A DNA stretch of 63,574 nucleotides, filler included, from Candidatus Woesearchaeota archaeon (lineage in GTDB: Archaea > Nanobdellota > Nanobdellia > Woesearchaeales > GCA-2687795), in the NCBI GenBank assembly GCA_030753365.1. It is 5 parts of 5 records of this genome, joined end to end, with 100 filler letters (N's around TTAATTAATTAA, not from the genome) between each part and the next. Parts side by side here need not be neighbours in the genome. Positions count along the whole stretch, not along the records: positions 10,269 to 41,429 come from JASMCJ010000028.1; positions 41,530 to 46,947 come from JASMCJ010000029.1; positions 47,048 to 57,122 come from JASMCJ010000030.1; 2 more parts are not named here. One strand, given 5' to 3'. The first letter of the stretch is position 1; each line of letters begins with the position of its first letter. Positions 38,272 to 48,003 of the stretch are shown here, in pieces. A program made the position numbers and the translations under genes. The notes beneath the pieces are model-generated. The model was not told the origin of the DNA. It saw only the letters and a list, made by a program, of their open reading frames with translations, and ran no database searches.

Positions 38272-38685
38272 TTAAAAGTCTATAAAACCGCCAATTATAA
38301 GCAATAGGCCGGCTCCAACGAATAGGAAGTCGATTATCTGGCCAATAGCTGGTAACTGAAAGCTGATGACATTGAACTGGTTCAGTAAAGGAATTGTGCC
38401 TATAGCCAGTATCACTATGCCAACAAGAGCGGTAACGATTCTAAGTGCGTTTTCCATGCCTTCTTTTATTGCATCGATTAATAAGAAAATACCACTTGCA
38501 ACACAAAGTATCCAGATTGCCAGCATTGGTACTGCCGGAAGTGTAAATCCTATGACATTAAACTTATTCAGCAAAGGAATTAAACCTAATGCAAGAAAAC
38601 CTAATCCTAGTAGCCAAGATATAATCTTCCTTGGACTCATCATCTGAGCTTTTTTGTTAGATAGTAAACCTTTCATTAAAATCAC
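38272..38685 (-). CDS. 4-TM membrane protein with internal duplication and KKAQ class-III-like leader
   Basis: LG.IPLLN.FNVI.F.LPA occurs twice. Confidence 0.65.
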   Translation of the reverse strand: MILMKGLLSNKKAQMMSPRKIISWLLGLGFLALGLIPLLNKFNVIGFTLPAVPMLAIWILCVASGIFLLIDAIKEGMENALRIVTALVGIVILAIGTIPLLNQFNVISFQLPAIGQIIDFLFVGAGLLLIIGGFIDF

Positions 38686-38801
38686 CTCTAGTTTTATAGG
38701 TCTTTTAGAGTTTGCTTATATTTAAAGGTTTCTTTTGAGAATCTGTCACATTGAAAGAGGTAATAGATAATTATTTAAATAATCTTTATAATAGTAAGAG
38801 T

Positions 38802-39172
38802 ATGGCTGAAAAAGAAACATTAAACCTCAAAGACCCAGATCTTATTTTAAAAAGAATAATTATTATGAGCATAATTTTTGGAATATTATCTTTTCTACTG
38901 ATTTCAGTAGGACAAAAAGGCGGAGCAATTGCTGTTGGAATAGGAGGATTGGTTAGTATAATAATCGGAATAATATATTATATTCTAGTAAAAAACATGA
39001 AATCTCTTCAGCAAAGAAACTTGCTACAATTCCTATTGTATTTTGTGGACTTGGTCTTATTGTTATTGGATTTTTTCAATATGAATCTGGAAATAAGATT
39101 AAATCACTATTAGATATTGTTTTAGGAATTGCTTTGATTATTGTGAATATTAGAATATTAAAGAAACACTAA
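38802..39172 (+). pseudogene. Probable frameshifted 4-TM membrane protein
   Basis: Two TMs in the ATG-38802 frame; the -1 frame from about 38980 continues SSKKHEISSAKKLATIPIVFCGLGLIVIGFF...IVLGIALIIVNIRILKKH. Confidence 0.5.
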
Positions 39173-39249
39173 AGAGAGTTCTATTATATATTTCTGTTAA
39201 AAGAGATTTATTCACAAAAGGTTTTTAAACCTTTACAGTTATGGATTAA

Positions 39250-40149
39250 ATGATTAAAATGCAACTAACATTTTTAGGAACTGCTGCAATGGTTCCAACA
39301 AAAGATAGAAATCATTCAGGCTTTTTCCTAGATTATAAAGATGAAGGGATATTGTTTGATTGCGGTGAAGGTATTCAAAGGCAGTTTAGAATGGCTGGAA
39401 TTAAGATTACAAGAGTAACAAAAATCCTGATAAGCCATTGGCATGGTGATCATGTTTTAGGCCTGCCTGGGCTGATACAAACGCTTGGAGCAAGCGAGTA
39501 TAGCGGAGTATTGGAAATATATGGACCGGTAGGTACAAAAGAGAGGTTTAAGGCTATGTTTGACGCTTTTGTGTTTGACAGAAGGCTGGATATGAAGATA
39601 GAAGAGGTAAAAGAAGGAATTTTTTTCCAAAATAAGAACTTTTCATTGGAAGCGTTTGAGCTGGAGCATAAGGTTAAGACTTTTGGATTTAGGTTTGTTG
39701 AAGAGGACAGGAGAAGGATAGATGTTAAAGCTGTTAAAAAGCTGGGAATACCTCCAGGGCCTTTGTTAGGGAAGCTGCAGGATAATAAGGTGGTTACATT
39801 CAAAGGGAAGAAAATAAGCCCTAAGGATACAACATATACAGTTGAAGGCAAGAAGATAGCTTATATTGCGGATACTGTGCTGTGTAATAACTGTTATAAG
39901 CTGGCAAAGGATGCTGATGTGTTGGTTTGCGAGTCTACTTATGCATCTAACTTGTTAAGCAAAGCTGAGGAGTACTATCATATGACCTCAAAACAGGCTG
40001 CGTTAATTGCAAGCAAGGCTAATGCTGAGAAGCTGATATTAACACATTTTAGCAATAGGTATAAAAATACGCAGGAGTTGGAAGAAGATGCGAGGAATGT
40101 GTTTGATAACACTCTCTGTGCTTATGATTTGATGAAGGTTAAGGTGTGA
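39250..40149 (+). CDS. rnz: Ribonuclease Z
   Basis: FLGT...P...RN, FDCGEG, SHWHGDH, exosite GIPPGP, THFSNRY. Confidence 0.96.
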   Translation: MIKMQLTFLGTAAMVPTKDRNHSGFFLDYKDEGILFDCGEGIQRQFRMAGIKITRVTKILISHWHGDHVLGLPGLIQTLGASEYSGVLEIYGPVGTKERFKAMFDAFVFDRRLDMKIEEVKEGIFFQNKNFSLEAFELEHKVKTFGFRFVEEDRRRIDVKAVKKLGIPPGPLLGKLQDNKVVTFKGKKISPKDTTYTVEGKKIAYIADTVLCNNCYKLAKDADVLVCESTYASNLLSKAEEYYHMTSKQAALIASKANAEKLILTHFSNRYKNTQELEEDARNVFDNTLCAYDLMKVKV

Positions 40150-40150
40150 A

Positions 40151-40546
40151 ATGTCTTGCAAATCTAAAGGAATCAATGGTGAGAGGGATTTAGTGCACCA
40201 GTTCTGGGCATTGGGATTAGCATGCCAGAGAAGCGCGGGTTCAGGATCATCAAGATTTCCTTCTCCTGACCTTATTGTAGGAAATAAGACAAGAAAACTG
40301 GCAATAGAGTGTAAGATAACCAAAGATAGTAAGAAATATTTTACAAATGAAGAAATTGAGGCTTTAAAGGAATTTTCGGATATTTTTGGGGCTGAGCCCT
40401 GGATTGCAGTTAAATTTAAAAAAACTGACTGGTTTTTCCTTACTTTAGAGGACCTTAACAGGTCAAATAAGTGTTATATTGCTGATGTTAATATGGCAAA
40501 AACCAAAGGATTGCTGATAAATGAGCTAATTAGCGATAATTATTAG
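40151..40546 (+). CDS. hjc: Holliday junction resolvase
   Basis: KG...ERDL, RSAGSG, PDL, IECK. Confidence 0.93.
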   Translation: MSCKSKGINGERDLVHQFWALGLACQRSAGSGSSRFPSPDLIVGNKTRKLAIECKITKDSKKYFTNEEIEALKEFSDIFGAEPWIAVKFKKTDWFFLTLEDLNRSNKCYIADVNMAKTKGLLINELISDNY

Positions 40547-40581
40547 AAATGTTTTTAAATACACTTTCTAATTAATCTAAA

Positions 40582-41094
40582 ATGAGGGTTACAAAAAAGG
40601 TTATAGAGGATGTTGTAAGTGAAGCATCTGGGGAAGATGTTGTTCCTTTAATTAGATACCTCAAAGATAAAAAGAATATTTCAGAATTTAAGATAGCTGA
40701 GAAAATTAAGAAAGAAGTAAATGTTACAAGAAATATGCTTTATAGGTTGTTTGAGGCTAATCTGGTTTCTTTTATAAGAAAAAAAGATAAAACAAAAGGG
40801 TGGTATATCTATTATTGGACTTTTAACCCTAAAAGAGTAAAATATCTTATGTATGATCTTAAAAGAAAAAAGCTTGATAACCTTAAGAGCAGACTGAAAA
40901 GGGAAGATGGCAATTATTTCTTTGTTTGTGGTGATAATTGTATAAGGCTGGATTTTGAGCAGGCTACTGATTTTAATTTTAAATGTCCTGAATGTGGAAA
41001 ACTGGTTAATCAGGAAGATAATGTTTCTAAGATTGATGAGATTAAAAAAGAAATAAAGAAACTTGAAAGAGAAATAAGGGAGCGTCCTAATTAG
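40582..41094 (+). CDS. tfe: Transcription factor E alpha
   Basis: wHTH with GWYIYYW, Zn ribbon FKCPECG. Confidence 0.92.
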   Translation: MRVTKKVIEDVVSEASGEDVVPLIRYLKDKKNISEFKIAEKIKKEVNVTRNMLYRLFEANLVSFIRKKDKTKGWYIYYWTFNPKRVKYLMYDLKRKKLDNLKSRLKREDGNYFFVCGDNCIRLDFEQATDFNFKCPECGKLVNQEDNVSKIDEIKKEIKKLEREIRERPN

Positions 41095-41102
41095 AATATT
41101 TT

Positions 41103-41429
41103 TTACAGGTTGTTGCACATCCAATCGTTGTTTCTTTTGATTTCTTCAATGAATACAGAAGGTCTATAGTCCCCTATCTCAGAGATTATAGCGGTTACTA
41201 AGTTTAAGTTAATCTTTTCAAAAGCGTAATTGCATATTTTTGTGTTTTTAGGAGGATTCTTCCAGATTTCTTTTTCCTTCCTTGTTTCTATTTCTTCCTC
41301 AAAGCCAAATATTGTGTGGTAATCAAATTTCCAAGAATTGCAGCATACATAGACCGGAATGTCATACTTATTAGCCAGCTCTGCTATTACTTCCGAGCCT
41401 ATCTTGTTAATGGCTTTTTCAGGTGTTAT
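41103..41429 (-). CDS. eIF2B-like / ribose-1,5-bisphosphate isomerase family protein, C-terminal fragment
   Basis: Read manually: AINKIGS..IAELANKYDIPVYV....WKF...NYAFE......VTAIISEIG; 5' part lost in the gap. Confidence 0.8.
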   Translation of the reverse strand: MTPEKAINKIGSEVIAELANKYDIPVYVCCNSWKFDYHTIFGFEEEIETRKEKEIWKNPPKNTKICNYAFEKINLNLVTAIISEIGDYRPSVFIEEIKRNNDWMCNNL

Positions 41430-41529
41430 NNNNNNNNNNNNNNNNNNNNNNNNNNNNNNNNNNNNNNNNNNNNTTAATTAATTAANNNNNNNNNNNNNNN
41501 NNNNNNNNNNNNNNNNNNNNNNNNNNNNN
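41430..41529. other. Artificial contig spacer
   Basis: N44-TTAATTAATTAA-N44. Confidence 0.98.
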
Positions 41530-41530
41530 T

Positions 41531-42196
41531 ACAGGAATTATTAAAGGAATAGTAAATCATGCTGTTATACCTGGGGATTTAGAACCGGAAGAAACTATAG
41601 AAACCATAGAAGCAATAACTCAATACAATCATGAAGGCGGCTATGCCACAATGAAAGAAGAAGCTGTAAACGTAATATATGCTTTCCCAACAGGCGTTCT
41701 TAACACAAAAATTAAGGCAACTGCTCTTTATCCTTATGAAACCGAATTTTCAACTGATGTCTGCGTTGACCTAAAACCCTATGCACAAACTGAGAAAGTA
41801 TGTAATATGGCTGAAAAGTCAGTTTCTGGCGGCCAGGGAGCTCCTGTTGCAGTAACAGGCATTGTACCCCAGGCAATGGTAAATGATATTAAATACAAGG
41901 TCTCTATCAAAAACTCAGGCAATGGCAAAGTTATTAAAAAATCAAGCGTAAATACTGCGCCTTCTGATTTAACTATTGGTGATTATGATACTGTCAATGT
42001 CAAAGGAAAACCTAAGTTAGGTAATCTAGAAGGAAGCTGCCAACCATCTGAAATAAGGCTTGTTAATGGAAATGGCTTCACTTTCTGCACCTTCTCTGGA
42101 GCACCAAAGGAAGCTTATGTCACAAGGCTTGATTTAAAGCTTGAATATGCTTACATGAGTTCTACAGAAACCGCTGTTGAAGTTAGAGGAACATAA
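41531..42196 (+). CDS. Probable extracellular beta-rich protein (5' truncated)
   Basis: Frame open from the contig edge; paired Cys and beta-strand pattern. Confidence 0.6.
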   Translation, partial: TGIIKGIVNHAVIPGDLEPEETIETIEAITQYNHEGGYATMKEEAVNVIYAFPTGVLNTKIKATALYPYETEFSTDVCVDLKPYAQTEKVCNMAEKSVSGGQGAPVAVTGIVPQAMVNDIKYKVSIKNSGNGKVIKKSSVNTAPSDLTIGDYDTVNVKGKPKLGNLEGSCQPSEIRLVNGNGFTFCTFSGAPKEAYVTRLDLKLEYAYMSSTETAVEVRGT

Positions 42197-42241
42197 TAAC
42201 ATTAGCAATCTTTATATACTTCTATTAATGAAATTATTATC

Positions 42242-42967
42242 ATGAGTTGGTTCAATAAACAAAGCCTGGGACATTTAGAAGAATTCATAGAAAAGGATTT
42301 AAAAGATTTCTTAGAGTTAGACAGATTTTTTATAAGAAGTTATCACAATATAATCACATATGCTCCAAACAAGAACGGAATTCCTTTTGAAGACTTAAGA
42401 AAAGATATAAGCGAACTGGCAAGATTTGCTGACTACTTATGGTTATGGTTCAACAAGACAGATAACAACCTCCGCTCTCTGCTTAGCCTTCTTGAGAAGG
42501 ACTTCAAAATTCTCCAAAGAGGCCTTTCTAAGATAACAAAAACATGGCTTATAACCAAAAGATCAGGCTTTTTTAAAAGAGATATAAGCGATAAGAATTT
42601 CAAAAGATTATATCAATTAGTTTCACTCACAAAGAACAGCATTAGCTCTTCTCTTGGAGAGATTATAATTTTAAAGAACAGGCTGAACAGTTCTACTACA
42701 AAATCATTTCTCCATGAATGCAAGGAACTGCTTAAAAATAAAGGCTTAATACAGGAGACAATACGAGATCATAGGCAAGGAATGGGACAAGCTTTAAGAC
42801 AGTACGCACGTTACCTTAAAGAAACAAACTCTAAATTGGAAAGCCTTGCAGGGCTTATAGTCACGCCTTTGAGAAATATCTTGTTTGAGATAACCGAAAT
42901 TGACAAGAATTTTGAAATAATAAAAAATCCCAATCGCAGCAAGCTGCGGGGTATTTTTAGTATTTAG
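42242..42967 (+). CDS. Hypothetical helical protein whose last codons lie within the repeat
   Basis: 241-aa ORF; C-terminal IKNPNRSKLRGIFSI and stop are encoded by 42919-42967. Confidence 0.6.
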   Translation: MSWFNKQSLGHLEEFIEKDLKDFLELDRFFIRSYHNIITYAPNKNGIPFEDLRKDISELARFADYLWLWFNKTDNNLRSLLSLLEKDFKILQRGLSKITKTWLITKRSGFFKRDISDKNFKRLYQLVSLTKNSISSSLGEIIILKNRLNSSTTKSFLHECKELLKNKGLIQETIRDHRQGMGQALRQYARYLKETNSKLESLAGLIVTPLRNILFEITEIDKNFEIIKNPNRSKLRGIFSI

Positions 42968-43021
42968 TTTGCGTATTAAGCCGATGCAAGCATCGGGGTA
43001 TAAAACCCAAACTAAATAATT
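42919..43021. repeat. 103-bp palindromic dispersed repeat, copy 2 (inverted)
   Basis: Base-for-base reverse complement of 1012-1114, on a different contig. Confidence 0.95.
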
Positions 43022-43039
43022 TATAAATTTTATTTAGAT

Positions 43040-44770
43040 TTAGAGCTTTTTGGACATATAAGGCCCTTCTTTCTTATACCCTAACTTCTTCCTAAAGTAC
43101 TCTTTTGCTCCAACACCAGATATAACAACCATTTTCTTCTTATAATATGTTTTGGCAGTCTCTTCCGCCACCCCCATCAGCTTTCTTCCTATTCCTCTAT
43201 GCTGGTAAGAACTCTTAGACTTCTTTCCTATAGCCACAGCAGGCGAGAACACATGAAGTTCTCTTATCAAAGCAGTGTCATCGTTAATCTCTTTCCTTAG
43301 ATAAGAGTTAGGAAATCTCAGTCTGCAGAATCCGAATAATATATCATTTTTAACATCTTCTGCTGATATAAAGAACTCATTCCCATCTGACGCAAGATAA
43401 TGATGCACTAAAATCTCAATTTTTCCAACCTTTACTTTCTTATGATTCATAAGGAAATGCCCTGCTTCTCTACATCTTATGCATTTGCATTTTACCTTCC
43501 TCTTTTTCATAACTTTCTCAATATACTGGCGCAAATTTGTCCTGTCAACACCTGCTTCTGTCATAAAAGTAGGAACATCTCTCTGTACTCTTTGTATTCT
43601 CACCCAGTTTGGAACAATCTTCTTAAAATCTGCAATAAGATTAGCGGCCTGCATTGTCGTTATTGGCTTAAACTTCTTCTTTTTCCATAGTTTATACAGT
43701 CTTGTGCCTTTCAACACCATGCAGGGATAGATTTTAAGCATATCAGGTCTTAACTCTTCATAGCCGAACAATGCCTGCAATGCAAACAAATCCTTTTTCC
43801 TGTCCACGCCAGGCAACCCAGGCATAACATGATAACAAACTTTGAACCCTAAATCCTTTAACGCTTTTGTAGAATTGATAATATCATCAGATGAATGCCC
43901 TCTTCCAATTTTTTTAAGTATATCATCATAGATAGTCTGCACTCCCATCTCAACTTTTGTGCATCCCATCTCAAGCATCTTGTTCGCATGCTTTAGTTTT
44001 GCATAGTCAGGCCTTGTCTCAAGAACAAGGCTTACACATCTTATATTAGCAGTCTCATTCTTTTCCTTCTCAGCTTCAATTCCATTTTTGCCTTTATCCT
44101 TCATCTCCAGCAATCTTTTATGTATCCTCTTAACCCTTTCCTTGTCATTCACATCCTTATCCAGCTCAAAGAACTTACTAAGCTTATCAAAGTCAAGCTC
44201 TTTCTTCTTAAAGAAAGTATCACTGAAATCATTCATTGCTTTAAAAGAAGATTTAATAAACTCCTTTTGATACTTTGACGGGAATGACGGAAATGTTCCT
44301 CCCATGATTATCAATTCAACCTTGTCAAAGGACTTGTTCATTGCAGCATAATGCTCTAATCTGTTCATCACCTGAAGATAAGGGTCAAACTTGTTCCTTA
44401 TTGCTCTCCTTGTTGCAGGCTCTTTGCCTGTATAACTCTGAGGCATGTTGCCGAACACAGAACCTACTCCTCCAGGGCAGTATATGCATGCCTTCTTATG
44501 AGGACATTTGTATGGTTTCCCCATTATTGCAACCACCGCAACCCCTGATATTGTCCTTGCAGGCTTTATTGTGAGAATATCTTTGAACCTTTCCCTATCC
44601 TTTTTAGAGGCAGCATTAGCTATGTCTATGTTTTTTGGAATCCTCTCCATATTATGCTTCCTTACAATTTTTAGCTTGAGAGAATTAAAACTGGCTTGGT
44701 TTCTAATCTTGTTTCTTTTTTTCTTTAGTTCATGTATTATCTCAAGGCATACTTCCTGTAGGGGGTTCAT
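43040..44770 (-). CDS. elp3: Elp3 tRNA U34 carboxymethyltransferase (radical SAM + KAT)
   Basis: RTISGVAVVA, CPH..CIYCPGG, QSYTG.EPA, ETRPD, RELHV, QHRG.G. Confidence 0.96.
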   Translation of the reverse strand: MNPLQEVCLEIIHELKKKRNKIRNQASFNSLKLKIVRKHNMERIPKNIDIANAASKKDRERFKDILTIKPARTISGVAVVAIMGKPYKCPHKKACIYCPGGVGSVFGNMPQSYTGKEPATRRAIRNKFDPYLQVMNRLEHYAAMNKSFDKVELIIMGGTFPSFPSKYQKEFIKSSFKAMNDFSDTFFKKKELDFDKLSKFFELDKDVNDKERVKRIHKRLLEMKDKGKNGIEAEKEKNETANIRCVSLVLETRPDYAKLKHANKMLEMGCTKVEMGVQTIYDDILKKIGRGHSSDDIINSTKALKDLGFKVCYHVMPGLPGVDRKKDLFALQALFGYEELRPDMLKIYPCMVLKGTRLYKLWKKKKFKPITTMQAANLIADFKKIVPNWVRIQRVQRDVPTFMTEAGVDRTNLRQYIEKVMKKRKVKCKCIRCREAGHFLMNHKKVKVGKIEILVHHYLASDGNEFFISAEDVKNDILFGFCRLRFPNSYLRKEINDDTALIRELHVFSPAVAIGKKSKSSYQHRGIGRKLMGVAEETAKTYYKKKMVVISGVGAKEYFRKKLGYKKEGPYMSKKL

Positions 44771-44912
44771 ATAGTTAAAATGAGATTATTCATTTAAAAA
44801 CATTTGTTTTTGACTCTAAACATAGTATATATTTCCCATTACCAAAAAGCTTATAATTAACCTATATCCAATAGACAGAACAAGGTAAAACGTCAATGTT
44901 TAGTTATATAAC

Positions 44913-46217
44913 ATGGAACACTCATCTGCTCAAAAGCATGATCACAGAAATATTGGAATTGTTTCAGCAAGGTTTGCTGACAAGGATGGAGTTTCTCTTG
45001 AGACTTATAAATGGGCAGAAGTTTTTAGAAGGATGGGTCATGATTCTTATTTTCTTGCAGGAGAAATGGATATCCCTCAGGGTATTATTCCTAATGGAAA
45101 AAGATTAGAAGATATATCAAGAGTTGATGAATCATTTCACTTTGATAATGGGCAAATTAAGGAAGTATATAATTCTTGTTTTGGTACAGAAGAATGTTTA
45201 GCTGGAAAAGCTAAGAAAACAATTGACGGGCTAAAAGATGAGATTAGAGATAATGTAAGCAGATTTGTTGATGATTTTAGCATTGATCTATTGGTTGCTG
45301 AGAACGCATTAACAATACCAATGAATATCCCTTTAGGTCTCGCATTATCAGAGTTTATATCAGAAAGTAATATACCAACAATTGCGCATCACCATGATTT
45401 TTACTGGGAACGCAAAAGATTTAAAGTAAATAATATTAAAAATATTTTAGATGCAGCATTTCCCTCTTCTACAAAAAATATTTCAAATGTAGTGATTAAC
45501 TCTATTGCTCAGCATAACCTTTATTCAAAGAGAGGCATCTCATCTTCCATCATTCCTAATGTTATGGACTTCGAGAACCCTCCAGATTACACTCTTGACG
45601 AATATTCTTTAACTTTTAGGAAAACTTTTGGTATAGATGAAGAAGAATACATAATACTTCAGCCTACGCGTATTGTTAGAAGAAAGAAAATAGAAAATGC
45701 TATTGATCTTGTAAGCAGGTTAACTGAAAAAGCATGCCTTGTTATTTCTGGTTTAGACGGAGATGAAGGCAATGATGGATATTTGAAATTTATTGCTGAT
45801 TATGCAAAAGAAAAGGGTGTTAAGCTTATCTTAACAGGTGATTATGTTAATCATACACACGCAATCGCTAAGGATAACAGGAGAATTTATAATTTAAGAG
45901 ATGTATATCTTAATGCAGACCTTGTAACATATCCTTCTTCTCATGAAGGCTTTGGGAATGCGTTGCTCGAAGCAGTATATTTCAAGAAACCTTTAGTGGT
46001 CAATAGGTTTAGTGTATACGAGCAAGATATCAGGCCCAAAGGTTTTAAATTTATAGAGATAAATAACAACGAAATCCCAGAAGATACTATCAAGACTATA
46101 GAAACTATGATTAGCTCCCCTTCATTGGTTAAAGAAGTAACAGATCATAATTACAGGATAGGCAAAGAATTTTTTTCTTATAAAGTTCTTGAAGAAGAAC
46201 TTAGTAAACTTTTATAA
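44913..46217 (+). CDS. GT4 glycosyltransferase (mannosylglucosylglycerate-synthase-like)
   Basis: DGVSLE..KW, HHHDFYWER, QPTRIV.RK.IE, YPS..EGFGNALLEA. Confidence 0.85.
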   Translation: MEHSSAQKHDHRNIGIVSARFADKDGVSLETYKWAEVFRRMGHDSYFLAGEMDIPQGIIPNGKRLEDISRVDESFHFDNGQIKEVYNSCFGTEECLAGKAKKTIDGLKDEIRDNVSRFVDDFSIDLLVAENALTIPMNIPLGLALSEFISESNIPTIAHHHDFYWERKRFKVNNIKNILDAAFPSSTKNISNVVINSIAQHNLYSKRGISSSIIPNVMDFENPPDYTLDEYSLTFRKTFGIDEEEYIILQPTRIVRRKKIENAIDLVSRLTEKACLVISGLDGDEGNDGYLKFIADYAKEKGVKLILTGDYVNHTHAIAKDNRRIYNLRDVYLNADLVTYPSSHEGFGNALLEAVYFKKPLVVNRFSVYEQDIRPKGFKFIEINNNEIPEDTIKTIETMISSPSLVKEVTDHNYRIGKEFFSYKVLEEELSKLL

Positions 46218-46226
46218 TGTCAGAAT

Positions 46227-46559
46227 TTACTCCGTAGCTTCTCCATAATCAAGTGTTACCAAGCTATAACTGCAGTCTGAAGGCAGGGTTTCCCACTTGA
46301 GCTCATATTCTAAGCTTTTTAATGTAATTGTATGCTTCCCACTACAATAGCTTTCAGGCATTTTGTCAAAAAACCCTTTCTCAACTTCTCCCATATACTT
46401 ATCATCAAGGTAAACTTCTCCAGAAAGTGAAAGGCTTGTTCTGCCATCAATAAATCTTATTGTAGGCGGCCCAGTTCTTCCACTGAGTTTTGCTATTATT
46501 ATGCCTACTATCACTATCAAAACTACTCCTATAACCGCAAGTAAAGTTTTATTTGCCAT
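46227..46559 (-). CDS. Hypothetical membrane-anchored protein
   Basis: N-terminal TM followed by a small beta domain. Confidence 0.55.
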   Translation of the reverse strand: MANKTLLAVIGVVLIVIVGIIIAKLSGRTGPPTIRFIDGRTSLSLSGEVYLDDKYMGEVEKGFFDKMPESYCSGKHTITLKSLEYELKWETLPSDCSYSLVTLDYGEATE

Positions 46560-46947
46560 TTATTCTGCAACAAAGACATCAGCATTCAATATAGCATAAG
46601 GATTAACACCTACATTTGTCTTTAGGGTTTCAGAGGTATAGTCCATAGAAGATTGCGCATTCGTGCTGATATAGCTCGTAACGCTTACATCAACAGTATC
46701 AATATCAACAATATACACATTCTTATGCTCAATTTGTGATTTATAATCATCAAGGTTTGCATCGTTCACCATTATAAGGGGAGCATTAAGGAACGAAGCA
46801 TATAACCCTGCAATCAAAGCGCCTTCCTGATTATCGTATCCAATAACAACCACATTATTATAGTATGATTCCCAATAGCTGAAATAATCACTTACCATGT
46901 TCATAGAAGACGTTCTTGGGTCACTTATTACTCCTACAGGAACTGCA
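46560..46947 (-). CDS. Hypothetical protein fragment (probably 5' truncated by gap)
   Basis: ORF near the contig edge; A..YAS.LNAPL resembles cell-wall-binding-2-like repeats. Confidence 0.45.
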
Positions 46948-47047
46948 NNNNNNNNNNNNNNNNNNNNNNNNNNNNNNNNNNNNNNNNNNNNTTAATTAAT
47001 TAANNNNNNNNNNNNNNNNNNNNNNNNNNNNNNNNNNNNNNNNNNNN
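46948..47047. other. Artificial contig spacer
   Basis: N44-TTAATTAATTAA-N44. Confidence 0.98.
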
Positions 47048-47048
47048 G

Positions 47049-47210
47049 GTTAGGGCGAGTATTAGCCCAAGATTAAGAAGCGCTTATCAGAAGCAGTTGG
47101 ATGAACATTGTGATAGTATTGCAGATGCATGCATTGCTCAGAAGATAGATTATCACTTGATTACTACTGATGTGCCTATTTTTGATGCTTTTTATGAGAT
47201 TTTGAAGTGA
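47049..47210 (+). CDS. C-terminal fragment, DUF58-like protein
   Basis: Read manually: ISPRLRSAYQKQLDEHCDSIADAC....IDYHLITTDVPIFDAFYEILK. Confidence 0.55.
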   Translation, partial: VRASISPRLRSAYQKQLDEHCDSIADACIAQKIDYHLITTDVPIFDAFYEILK

Positions 47211-47885
47211 TTATACTTCTTCTGCGTTTCCTTTGTCTATGAGAAGGTTTGCTATTTCAATTGGAAGTTCGGTTGTGTCATCTTCTTCAAAAGGGCCGTA
47301 TTCTTTTAGGTCCTGGCCGATGAATGCAGGTACTGCTTTGCTGAATCTTACTGATTTTTTTGAGGGGTCTGAGGTTTCTTCATTGTTTTCAGGTGTGGGT
47401 TTTTCTTCTTTGGGTTTTATGTTGATAGGTGTGTTTGAGGGCATGGGTTCTTTTCCTTCCAGTATGCTTAATAGTATATTGCCTCTCCATCCGCTGAGCA
47501 GGCTTACTACCTGCTCAAAGAATTCTTTTTCATCTTTTAGCAAGGCGGTGGTGTCTATTAGGTTGGAGCTGATTCTGCTTTTGTTGATTGCCATGCTGAT
47601 GACTTTCTTTTCCCTTCTTTCATAGATTTCTTTTATGATTTTTCTTGCGTTTGTTAGCTGCTTCTCAGTTTTGCTTCTTTCGGTGGCAGAGAATAGGTCA
47701 GAGGTTTTGCTTTGGCTTTCCATGAGGGAGCTTTTTTCAAGGATGTAGTTTTTTACGTCAGTGTAGAAAGAGGAGTCTAGCTTTTGTATGCTTTCTCTTG
47801 ACTTTTCGTTTCTTAATAGGTCAAATAATACTTCGAAGGTGACTTTTATTTCCTTTTCCGGGTCTTCTTTTTGTTCCTGTTCCAT
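47211..47885 (-). CDS. GINS subunit Gins51 (Gins15)
   Basis: L..EK....IQKL...FY, RE.K...MA; B-domain VPAFIG.DLKEYGPF...D...LP...A.LLI..G.A. Confidence 0.85.
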   Translation of the reverse strand: MEQEQKEDPEKEIKVTFEVLFDLLRNEKSRESIQKLDSSFYTDVKNYILEKSSLMESQSKTSDLFSATERSKTEKQLTNARKIIKEIYERREKKVISMAINKSRISSNLIDTTALLKDEKEFFEQVVSLLSGWRGNILLSILEGKEPMPSNTPINIKPKEEKPTPENNEETSDPSKKSVRFSKAVPAFIGQDLKEYGPFEEDDTTELPIEIANLLIDKGNAEEV

Positions 47886-48003
47886 TTTTTTATTGGTAAG
47901 AGAGATAATAGTAATGATATGTTCATACCCCCAGAATAAGGCAAGAGAAAGATATATATAAAGATTTATATTGTTAATTGGCAGATGTTGTTGATAAAAT
48001 ACA

